This document shows, piece by piece, positions 47,541-64,000 of a DNA stretch of 64,000 bases. Position 1 is the stretch's first letter, and each line of letters starts with the position of its first letter. Source of the stretch: the human T2T-CHM13v2.0 reference genome, Homo sapiens. The stretch lies in assembly GCF_009914755.1 (NCBI RefSeq), contig NC_060936.1. One strand, given 5' to 3'. Made by a program: the position numbers and the translations under genes. The notes beneath the pieces are model-generated. The model saw only the letters and a program-made list of their open reading frames with translations, did not search any database and had not been told where the DNA came from.

Positions 47541-48239
47541 CTATTTCATGCACACAACGAGCAATGATACTGGCAAGACATATTGAGATGTAAACTGCAG
47601 AGTCAAGAAAATTTTGATATGTTCATAATAATCATTACTTATTTTAAGAAAATATGATTTGGGGCCATGCTTAGTGTTGATTAAAGAAAATATTGGTGTA
47701 TATCTTATTTCATGATTACTTACTATGGTTTTGCCACTCCTTAAGATATTTTCCTAATACTGTTAGCTACAATGTGTGATCTTGGCTCCCTGCAACCTCC
47801 ATCTCCCAGGTTCAAGCAATTCTCCTGCCTCAGCCTTCCAAGTAGCTAGGATTACAGGCGCCCACCACCACACCCAGCTAATATTTGTATTTTTAGTAAA
47901 GAAGGAGTTTCATCATGTTGGCCAGGCTGGCCTGGAACTCCTGGCCTCAAGCGATCTGTCCAGCTCGGCCTTGTAAAGTGTTGGGATTATAGGTGTGAGC
48001 CTCTTCATTTGTTTTTCACAGTAATTTTATGAAGTTGATAATTGGTCGCAGTTTTACTGATGGAGAAGCTGACGACCAGAAAAGTTTTTGCTCATTATCA
48101 GAAACTTAATCAAATGGTTGTGAAAGGACTCATATCTAAGTTTCTCCTACTCCAAAACCTGTTCTTAACCCTGTACTCCAGTACATTTTCCTAGTTTCAG
48201 CTCTACCAATATCATGAAAATCTCAGACGTTCTGATTAA

Positions 48240-48548
<309 letters not shown>

Positions 48549-48912
48549 TGAGCCGTTGCGCCCGGCCTGGACTGCTCCGTAAAAGTGACTGAATGAGAAG
48601 GAGGCCGGGCAAGGTGGCTCAGGCTGGTAATGCCAGCACTTTGGGAGACCAAGGGGGGCGGATCACCTAAGGTCAGGAGTTTGAGACCAGCCTGGCCAAA
48701 CTGGTGAAACCCTGTCTCTACTAAAAATGCAGCCGGGTGCAGTGGCTCACACCTGTAATCCCATCACTTTGGGAGGTCGAGGCGGGCGGATCATGAGGTC
48801 AGGAGTTGGAGACCAGCCTGGCCAATATGGTGAAACCCCGTCTCTACTAAAAAAGTAAAAAATTAACCGAGCGTGGTGGTGCATGCCTGTAGCCTGTAGT
48901 CCCAGTTACTTA

Positions 48913-49038
<126 letters not shown>

Positions 49039-49360
49039 TTAGCCAGGCACGGTGGCGGGAGCCTCTACCTGCAATCACAGCTACTCGGGAGGCTGAGGTA
49101 GAAGAACTGCTTGAACCAGGGAGGCGGAGGTGGCAGTGGACCAAGATTCTACTGCACTCCCACTCCGTCTCAAGAAAGAAAAAAAAAGAATTGGAAGGAA
49201 AGCACAAGGAGAGTTTTATTAGGCATAGTAACTCAAAATTATGTGGAAGAGCTGAAAAGGATAGAGATTAGGTACAGAAGTAAAATCAAGAACCTGGATT
49301 TCTAGATGTTAAGTCTGTCCTACCTCGTTTAGTTACTTTCTTTCCTTTTAAAATAGATAA

Positions 49361-49594
<234 letters not shown>

Positions 49595-50028
49595 TAACTG
49601 TGTTGCCCAGACCGATCTCAAACTCCTGGGCTCAAAGAATCCTCCTGCCTTGGCCTCCCAAGGTGCTGGGATTATAGGCATGAGCCACCGTGCCTTCCCA
49701 GACATATTAAATATATGGATAGAGTTGCTAACTTGTTTACAAGATGCTGTGATAGACTAATACTTATTTATAGTAAATGCTTTGAAAATTTGAGAAAGGC
49801 TAGGCAGCAGTAGCTAATGTCTATAATCACAACAGAACATTTTGGGGGGCTGAGGCGGGAGGATCACTTGAGCCCAGGAGCTCGAGATCAGCCTGGACAA
49901 CATGGTGAGACCCGGTCTCCTTAAAAAAAGGAAAGGCCGGGCACGGTGGCTCACGCCTGTAATCCCAGCACTTTGGGAGGCCGAGGCGGGCGGATCATGA
50001 GGTCAGGAGACCAAGACCATCCTGGCTA

Positions 50029-50622
<594 letters not shown>

Positions 50623-51077
50623 TTACCAGTGGCCTAGAGCTGTGTTTGAAAATGTCAAATGTGACCAACTGAGTCATGATGAGAGTCTAAAGCATTTTAG
50701 CATACACTGTTTATTTATATATATTTTTTTGAGTTGGAATCTTGTTCTGTTGGCCAGGCTGGTGTGCAGTGATGTGATCATAGCTCACTGTAGCCTTAAA
50801 CACCTTGGCTCAAGCAATCTTCCTCCCACCTTAGCCTCCTGAGTAGCTGGGACCATAGGCGCATGCCACCATGCCCAGCTAATTATTATTATTATTTGGC
50901 GACGAAGTCTCGCTCTGTCGGCCAGGCTGGAGTGCAGTGGCACAGTCTCGGCTCACTGCAACCTCTGCCTCCTGGGTTCAAGCAATTCCTGTCTCAGCCT
51001 CCCGAATAGCTAGGATTACAAGCGTACTCCACCATACCCAGCTGATTTTTTTTGTTTTGTTTTTGTATTTTTAGTAG

Positions 51078-51242
<165 letters not shown>

Positions 51243-51551
51243 TGAACTCCTAATCTCAAGCAGTTCTCCTGCCTCAGCCTTCCAAAGTGCTGAGGTTACA
51301 GGCAGAACCACATGTAAATATATGGGCATTGCTGGTTCAAATTAGATGTACATTTAAATATTTTCAAACTGGCCTTCAAAAAGTTGTATTAATTTATCAC
51401 TATTTGTGTATGAAAATGTCTCTTTCCGGCTGGACATGGTGGCTCATGCCCACCCGTAATCCCAGCACTTTCGAAGGCCGAGGCGGGTGGATCACCTAAG
51501 GTCAGGAGTTCGAGACAGCCTGACCAACATGGTGAAACCCCATCTCTCCTA

Positions 51552-51704
<153 letters not shown>

Positions 51705-51908
51705 TCAAAAAAAGAAAGGAAAGAAAAGAGAGAGAGAGAGAAGGAAGGAGGGAAGGAGGGAGGGAGGGAAGGAAGAGAGAGAGGGAGGGTCTGTTTTCCT
51801 GTACCCTTACCAATGCCGTATGTTATTAGGGTTTCAACTTTTGGTAATCTGATAGGTGAAAAATTACAAATGCGTTATAAGTGGAGTTGCATTTTAAAAA
51901 CTATGATC

Positions 51909-52054
51909 GGGGGAGGGATAGCATTAGGAGATATACCTAATGCTAAATGACGAGTTAATGGGTGCAGCACATCAATATGGCACATGTATACATATGTAAC
52001 CTACACGTTGTGCACATGTACCGTAAAACTTAAAGTATAATAATAAAAAAAAAA
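51909..52054 (+). mobile_element. 5'-truncated young-ish L1PA (L1PA3-5-like) 3' end with A-tail
   Basis: gggatagcattaggagatatacctaatgctaaatgacgagttaatgggtgcagcac...aaacttaaagtataataataaaa; TSD AACTATGA at 51899-51906 and 52056-52063. Confidence 0.88.
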
Positions 52055-52630
52055 CAACTATGAGATTTGATCAGATTTTTACGTATTTATTGGCTCTTGG
52101 TATTTTCTTTCTTTTTTTTTTTTTTTTTTTTTTTTGAGACAGAGTCTTGCTCTGTCACCCAGGCTGGAGTACAATGGTGCAGTCTCGCTAACTGCAACCT
52201 CCGCCTCCCGGGTTCAAGCAATTCTCCTGGCTCAGCCTTCCAAGGAGCTGGGATTACAGGCATGCGTACCATTCCCAGCTAATTTTGTATTTTTAGTAGA
52301 GACGGGATTTCTCCGTATTGGTCAGACTGGTCTTGAACTCCTGACCTCAGGTGATCCGCCCACCTCGGCCTCCCAAAGTGATGGAATTACAGGCGTGAAC
52401 CACTGCGCCCAGCCACTCTTGGTATTTTCAATGATGATTCTTGAGATTTCAGTGAGTCTTCAGGTGTCAGTGAATGGAATGGCTAAACATAAAAAGGCTT
52501 CAAAACTTGTGATACTGTGAATGTAGGATGTCAGTTCAAAAGAAATGATGTTGTGACTGTAGGGTATCACTGAGATGCCAGTGATAACCTGCCCATGTCA
52601 CATGTTGACCCTTTTCTCTCTTAATTTCAG

Positions 52631-52799
52631 GTGATCATGGAGCTCAGCTTGGTCTCCATGGGGCTGGTGGTGATGGAATACATGATGACACAGCAGGTGG
52701 AGAGGAAGGAGAAAACAGCCCAGATGCCCAACCCCAAGCCGGTCGGAGGACCCGGCGGGAAGCATGCACCTGCCCCTACTGTAAAGACAGTGAAGGAAG
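52631..52799 (+). CDS. SP1: SP1 coding exon 4 (169 nt): charged domain C and Btd box ([13 protein letters not shown])
   Basis: Acceptor tttcag|GT at 52630/1, donor AAG|GTGAGT at 52800; read in phase 1 it gives [14 protein letters not shown]...[12 protein letters not shown]; phases are consistent with exons 3 and 5. Confidence 0.97.
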
Positions 52800-52874
52800 G
52801 TGAGTTGACCCAGCCAGTTTCTTACAAATATAAAGAAAAATTAATAGATTTGGAGATAAGAGGAAGAAGATTAA

Positions 52875-55285
<2,411 letters not shown>

Positions 55286-55407
55286 GACTTTTTCAAAAAA
55301 TAAAAGTTTGGGTTAGTTTGGTGTCGATTGGGTGATTGCTGTTGATACTTTGTGGTTCTTTAGTTTTCTCTAGAATGAATGATTAACAGTTGTGTCCTCA
55401 CTTTCAG

Positions 55408-55607
55408 GGGCTCGGGGGATCCTGGCAAAAAGAAACAGCATATTTGCCACATCCAAGGCTGTGGGAAAGTGTATGGCAAGACCTCTCACCTGCGGGCACA
55501 CTTGCGCTGGCATACAGGCGAGAGGCCATTTATGTGTACCTGGTCATACTGTGGGAAACGCTTCACACGTTCGGATGAGCTACAGAGGCACAAACGTACA
55601 CACACAG
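55408..55607 (+). CDS. SP1: SP1 coding exon 5 (200 nt): C2H2 zinc fingers 1 and 2
   Basis: Acceptor ctttcag|G at 55407/8, donor CAG|GTGAGC at 55608; [56 protein letters not shown]. Confidence 0.98.
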
Positions 55608-55773
55608 GTGAGCAAGAGCCTATGGGAGAGAAAAATAGTAATAGACTAGAATGAAAAACACAAAATATACCTACAAAATAACTAAAATTTCTGAGCAACT
55701 TAATTTGAAACTGAATATATGGGTCACAAATGGAATTGGAGTTAATCTGGAAAATTTTTAAGAAGGAAGGAGG

Positions 55774-56838
<1,065 letters not shown>

Positions 56839-56972
56839 ACTTGAAGATTTTTCTTGTTTTTGATCACCTTCTCATACTGGCCTTACTCAGCTTAGTAGAG
56901 TAAGCACTGAATTGGGTAAGGTAACCTCACTTCCTAACATGTCAGCTTCTTATCTTTTCTTCCTTTACCTAG

Positions 56973-57286
56973 GTGAGAAGAAATTTGCCTGCCCTGAGTG
57001 TCCTAAGCGCTTCATGAGGAGTGACCACCTGTCAAAACATATCAAGACCCACCAGAATAAGAAGGGAGGCCCAGGTGTAGCTCTGAGTGTGGGCACTTTG
57101 CCCCTGGACAGTGGGGCAGGTTCAGAAGGCAGTGGCACTGCCACTCCTTCAGCCCTTATTACCACCAATATGGTAGCCATGGAGGCCATCTGTCCAGAGG
57201 GCATTGCCCGTCTTGCCAACAGTGGCATCAACGTCATGCAGGTGGCAGATCTGCAGTCCATTAATATCAGTGGCAATGGCTTCTGA
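56973..57286 (+). CDS. SP1: SP1 coding exon 6: zinc finger 3 and C-terminal domain D, stop TGA 57284-57286
   Basis: Acceptor tttacctag|GT at 56972/3; [23 protein letters not shown]...SINISGNGF*. Exon sum 7+155+1513+169+200+314=2358 nt = 785 aa + stop. Confidence 0.98.
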
Positions 57287-57699
57287 GATCAGGCACCCGG
57301 GGCCAGAGACATATGGGCCATACCCCTTAACCCCGGGATGCAAGGTAGCATGGGTCCAAGAGACATGGAAGAGAGAGCCATGAAGCATTAAAATGCATGG
57401 TGTTGAGAAGAATCAGGAGAGGGATACAAGAGAGGAGATGGGGTCCCGGCACCCATCTGTATCATCAGTGCCTCTTTGAAGGTGGGAAACATTAGTGAAA
57501 ATTCTGTTGGTGCCACGCTTTGATGAGCATTTGTTTGACCCCAGTTTCTTCTTACACTTCTTACCCCAGCCTACCCTTCCTGCATTTCTCTTCTCAGCTC
57601 TTCCATGATGGATTCCCCCCCCTTTCCTAAAGCCATCATGCCTTGATAAATATATATGATCATTGAAATACTTTTTAACAAAAAACAGATTCTATATTA

Positions 57700-57732
57700 T
57701 TATATATATATATATATATATAAAGATATATA
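57700..57732. repeat. (TA)n microsatellite in SP1 3'UTR
   Basis: tatatatatatatatatatataaagatatata. Confidence 0.95.
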
Positions 57733-58973
57733 GAGATGCATTCACAGGGGTTGGCTGGGAGGAGGAAGACCATTCTGTGACCAAAATACCTTGGTCATTT
57801 TTTTTATATTGCCTTATTTCCCTATGGCTGAGCCTTGTTGTGACACATCAAGCTTTTCTGTAGATGTTGTCTTGGCTTCCCACCAGCTTAAGCGTTCATA
57901 TGCTCTGCTTTTAGTTCATATATACATACATAATGTTTTTCCTTTCTTAATTTTGTCTTTTTGTTTGGGATCAGCTTCTTGCACTCCTTCCCTAACTCAA
58001 CTGTTGCCGTCTCATCTTCTCTCATCTGATCACTTCATGTTTTGTTTTTGTTACTGCCTGGATGAGGCACTTCTGTCAATTTTTTCAGGACCTTAGTTCC
58101 AGCAGCAGAATGGAAAAATCCTTGAAGCCCAGGCTGATGCTTGAAGTAACTGTGGAGGGAGTGTTCAAAATACTACTGACGCAGGCACCTTCTTGGCGCT
58201 GGAGAGTCAAAGGCATCTCCCTTCATTAGCTGCTCTGAGCATCAAGAATTAGAAGTCTTTCAGTGGAATTGTACAAGAGTCCCTTTGAAGATAATAATCT
58301 TGGCTCAGTTTGTATAAACTGTCAAATTTTCAAATAATAGGTAGGGGGCTTTCACTAGGAAAATCATGTGCTCAGAAGAGGAAATGACTCGTAGTCAGGT
58401 TCAGGAGTTAGTGGAGTATTTGGACTTTGGTACTGCTGTCTTCCAAGGTAGCTCTAAGTTTTGATGTGTGGGCTTCTGAGTTTATATTCTGAAAGGAAAT
58501 ACACTTCTTTTGAACATCCCCACTAGGTTCTTTTCCATTGTCAATAAGGAGCATCAGCCAGTGAATCTGTTTCAGGTTTCCATTCTGCAGAACTCCTCCA
58601 AAGCATGTGCTAGTGGCAAGACAGTGGTTCTTATGATGTTTTCCCTTAACTTTTCCTTGTATGTTCTTGGGTGGTTCCTAAGGGAAAGGGAAGCACATGA
58701 TCATGGGAATGATAGCCCAGAACAAAAAGAAATCTTGTCTTACCACAGTGTTTTATAGGAGAGATTGGGAGAAATCATCCTGTTTTCTCTGTGACCTGAT
58801 TTCAGAAGAGACTGATCCAAAAATTATAACGGCAGGGAACCTAGTGCATTTGGCACTGAGATTTAAATGCAACCAGAATTGTCCTCAAGGCCCAGCCATA
58901 AAAGCATTGTCTCTCTCGACCTTCTGGTATCTTGTTAGAGAGCTTTTCACTGTGAGGAAGTGTGGAAAAATAG

Positions 58974-58976
<3 letters not shown>

Positions 58977-59010
<34 letters not shown>
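58977..59010 (+). repeat. (TG)17 microsatellite in SP1 3'UTR
   Basis: 34 nt of perfect TG dinucleotide repeat. Confidence 0.97.
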
Positions 59011-59014
<4 letters not shown>

Positions 59015-62000
59015 CTGTTAGGTTGGGGATAGGTTTTCTGCTAGCCAATATTAAAAGAGACCTGCAATAAAAAAATTACCCTGATCTGATAGAAAGCAAG
59101 TGTTTTTGTATGTGTGGGTGAATGTGTGTTCATGCCCGTATATGTCTACACACAGATGACAAATTATATTTGAAATCGTTGGAAAATAAATTCAGATCAA
59201 AATGCCTTTCAGGCCCATTACCTAGAAATCTATCTTAAAACCTGGGTATGTTCCTAAGGTCATTTCTTTGCTTATGCTAAATTAATTACAATTATGAATG
59301 GAGGATATTCTACTGTACTTTTTTAAAAAGAAACTATTTTTGTGTTTGAAAGTGAAACCAACATCCAGATCTATAGCAGAGTCCTTATTCTTCTCATAAA
59401 TCTTTTTACTTTGGCTACAAATAGATGATGGTATGATTCTATTATATATTTTATATAAAATCCATCCAAATTAAGTTTTGGGTAAGTGTGTTGTTTAATC
59501 TGAACTATAGTAACTTAATACTCTAAACAATAGTTCACTCCATTTGGTCCTTTCTCCACAGATGTAATTATGTTTTCAACTCAGGAACTATGGCAAGGAA
59601 CTTTCCCCAGATCAAATTCTATTAACGCTGAGATACAAGTCATCCATGCACAGCCACTATCATACCCTTTATTCTCACTGAAAGGCAGAACTCAGAACCT
59701 GTTATTTTATGTCTGTAATCATGTACTTTGGCATCTTTTGGAGGAAAGGGGCAGGATAACTCACTGGAATGTACAGTATTTTGCTAGTGCATTTCAAGGA
59801 ATGGAATCTTCTCCAGTATGAAATTACCAGATATAAAATAATGTAATGATGCTGAGGATATAAGCTTTTAGAAGGTAATTTGATGGTATTTCTTTCTCGA
59901 ATGAAAAGCTGCTGGTTTACCCTCAACCCTATTCATTAGCATTACCATGAGTGAATTTATATCTAATTATTTCCACTTGCCCTGTTCTCTTCACACCAAG
60001 GAAGCTCCAGATCCAGTATCTTGTTTGGCCTCAAAACAGAAGCAGCTTCTTTTGTCTCCCAGCAGTAGTGAGCCACTCAGTCTCTTCCACAGGAAGTTTG
60101 GAGCCTACATTCCTTGAGTCAGGAGCTTATTACAGAAAAACCCCGTTTCCCTGAACTTTTGGCTAACAGAAATTAATTTAACTGACATGCATATTGATTC
60201 TGAAATTTTTTTCCTAAGTTTTTTTCATTTTTTTGAATGAGTTTTTTAAATTTTTTAGATGACCAAAACTTGCAGGGCAGGGGATGCCCAGAAGAGTGGT
60301 GAGATAGTAAAACACTTATTCCCTCATCCTTTCAGGTTTTCAGGTTGCCCATTTATATTCATTTACATGTCATTTGACTGTCTCACTTTTTACCCAGAAC
60401 AGTAACAACCCACACCGTCTTCCTTCAGGGATTTCCAACTGGCACTCTGTGGGTGCTACACAGAATGCAATTTAATGGATATTTCTCAGCCTGGTTCAGA
60501 ATAAATTGATCCTTTGATCCCAGAAAGTATATACTGAAGTGTGGGATAAAGATTATGATTAGGGGAGGGTTGGAGACAAAAGCTGTAAATTACTATGGCT
60601 GATTTATTTCTACTATATACATATATATTTTTTGCTTTTGTATATCCTATATAGGAAACTAAGCATTGTATTTTTTTTAACAAATCTAAAAAAGCACTAT
60701 GAACTACAGGTGTTTGACTTTCAAAATATATTTTGTATTGTTAATATCTTCACATTGTGTGAATACTGGAAGCTGCAGATCTTTGCTAGGACGCAATAAA
60801 TTTATATACTTTTTGAGGGGTTCTTCTGGGGTGCTAATCAGGCCCCTGTTATGCTTAGGGGGAGCCCTGGTGCTACTTGCTTGAAGTTTTCAGTGTAAGT
60901 ACCCTGATGCCTTTTGGACCTTGGGATCAGATCAAGAGTTTTGGAGATCAGGTACCAAGGAAATAAGGACAGTCTAGCTGCCTCAAGTGAGGGGCCCTTT
61001 GCATAGCTCTCCTTCCCCCTCACTGAAGCTGGGTAGCCTATTGGGGTTGAGAGGGAAAATGTGAAATCTCAGAATTTATCTCCCTTAGAAGAGAGCCAGT
61101 AACTTATGTACAAGGATGAAAGAAAGGTCGCAGCAGTAGCTTTGGGGAAAGGGAGGAAGATATGGCACTTCTCCAACCCCGGAAAACATTGCTTTTGAAA
61201 ACTGCTGATAAAATATGAGCCGGTTATTACTTCTGTTTGGGAGACTGTGCTCTCTGTGGTGCCTCTCTTGGCTCTACTCCACAGATACCAGACCTCTTCT
61301 AAGAGGATGAGCAGACCAGCTTTGAGGTTGACCTGTTTCTCTTTGTCTGCCTTCCCAAAACACCAGCCCCCAGGAAGACATTAAGCAGCCTTAAGCTTAA
61401 ATTCCTACTCCCTCTTCCAAATTTGGCTCACTTGCCTTAGATCCAAGGCAGGGAAAGGAAAAGAAGGGGGGTCTCTGGCTTTATTACTCCCCTAAGTCTT
61501 TACTCTGACTTCCCCAAACCCAGAAAGATTTTCTCCACAGTGTTCATTTGAAAGAGGAGTATTTTGTCCCATTTTCCCCTTCCTCATTATCAAACAGCCC
61601 CAGTCTTCCTTGTCTCTGCTAAGAAAGTAGAGGCATGATGATCTGCCTCTCAACTGCCCTAAGTCCTAGCTAAGTATCAGGGGAAAAAAAAAAAAAAAAA
61701 GCCTAACAAATGGGATTAGACTAGGGCTGCAAGTAGTGAGGATTTTGTTGATACCTCTGCTGGGATGTGTGCTTTCCCATATCTTGCCTTCAGGAATTAC
61801 ACTGTGCCTTTTCCCCAGGGATATGGGCTCTGTCTACCCAGTGCTCCAGTTTCCCGGTAACTGCTCTTGAACATTGTGGACAAGGGCAGGTCTTCATATT
61901 TTTGATCATCCCTTTCTCCCAGTGAAATCCCATAGCCCTTACCTAGAGTCTAGGGCACAAAGACTTCGGGGAAGATACACTGAGATTGACCTGAGGAGAC

Positions 62001-62465
62001 ATCTACACACACCAGTGGCAGCTGCCCCAGGGCCTGCTTCCCCTTCCTAAGTCTGTCATCCTCTGGAAGGGATGGGTGGTGCTCCAATCTCTGGTGCCTA
62101 AAAACCCAAGTTTATTTCTCTCTTAACACTGGCAATAACCAGTCCACACCACTGTTGCCTTTTAAAACCTCTTAATAATCTCATGCTGTGTTTGTTTTGA
62201 TTCCAATCCAATTATCACCAGGGCTGTGTGGGTAAATGCTTTTAAATGCTCTCTCATCTTGTTCTTCCCCCTCACCCCCCACTCTTAGGTATGTATGATG
62301 CTAATCTTGTCCCTAAGTAAGTTTCTTCCTGCTCCTTTTGTATCTTCCTTTCTTGTCTTTCCTCCTACCTTTTGTCTCTTGGTGTTTTGGGACTTTTTTT
62401 TTTTTTTTTTGGCCTTTTGTACAAAGATTAGTTTCAATGTAGTCTGTAGCCTCCTTTGTAAACCA

Positions 62466-62545
62466 ATTAAAAAGTTTTTTAATAAAAAACCATGTCTCTG
62501 GTGTATTGAAGAGGGTTGGGAATGGTGAGAGTGTACGTTTGTAAC
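62466..62545 (+). terminator. Distal polyadenylation signal of SP1
   Basis: ATTAAA 62466-62471 and AATAAA 62481-62486, preceded by several TGTA motifs and a U-run, followed by GU-rich sequence (tgtctctggtgtatt; gtgtacgtttgt). Confidence 0.8.
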
Positions 62546-62736
62546 TTCATACTCTGAACCTAACAAAGGTTTCCAGCTACACTGTGTTGTGCTCCATACA
62601 TGTTAATTAGTGCAATTGCCCTATATTTAACTCCCGGGTAAATGGTTTCATGACCAGATCAATGTGCCACAACTACACGGAAATGTGGAGGACCAAGACA
62701 AACAGGCAACGCTAACTTTATTTTTTTTCTCATATG

Positions 62737-64000
<1,264 letters not shown>

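Larger units (their letters stand above)
57287..62500 (+). other. SP1: SP1 3'UTR (~5.2 kb, Alu-free)
   Basis: Non-repetitive sequence from the stop codon to the ATTAAA/AATAAA pair at 62466/62481; many miRNA seed matches; end position approximate. Confidence 0.85.

Noticed and set aside
57778-57797. Hairpin TGACCAA-aatacc-TTGGTCA in the 3'UTR
   Set aside because: A 7-bp stem is too short to distinguish from chance without conservation data; it matches no element I can name.
61684-61700. A17 run in the 3'UTR as a transcript end or retro-insertion
   Set aside because: No upstream hexamer and no TSD; more likely a source of oligo-dT internal priming.

Overview
Primate, almost certainly human, genomic DNA: two AluYa5-type insertions are present and the reconstructed protein matches human SP1. 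The window holds the complete SP1 (Sp1 transcription factor) gene on the + strand. Six coding exons (26339-26345, 27706-27860, 28157-29669, 52631-52799, 55408-55607, 56973-57286; all introns GT-AG) total 2358 nt = 785 aa + stop, with Sp box, Ser/Thr- and Gln-rich activation regions, Btd box and three C2H2 zinc fingers. It has a TATA-less CpG-island promoter rich in CCAAT and GC boxes and an ~5.2 kb Alu-free 3'UTR ending near 62490. The upstream ~24.5 kb and introns 3-5 are saturated with Alus (roughly 100+ pieces by eye, many nested or serially inserted), plus L1, MIR, MER and LTR fragments. Nearly every other ORF in the track is Alu-derived noise. I see no second gene and no wholly new multi-gene system. 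The best leads are: (i) exons 2+3 form a phase-symmetric, stop-free 1668-nt unit flanked by inverted Alus, i.e. a candidate infinite-ORF circRNA or exon-repetition product; (ii) a candidate poison exon and other routes to truncated Sp1; (iii) two local templated-copy events readable from private variants (8.9 kb to 15.4 kb, and an inverted Alu arm in intron 4); (iv) several candidate regulatory modules. Repeat subfamily names are from memory of consensus sequences and need RepeatMasker/Dfam confirmation.
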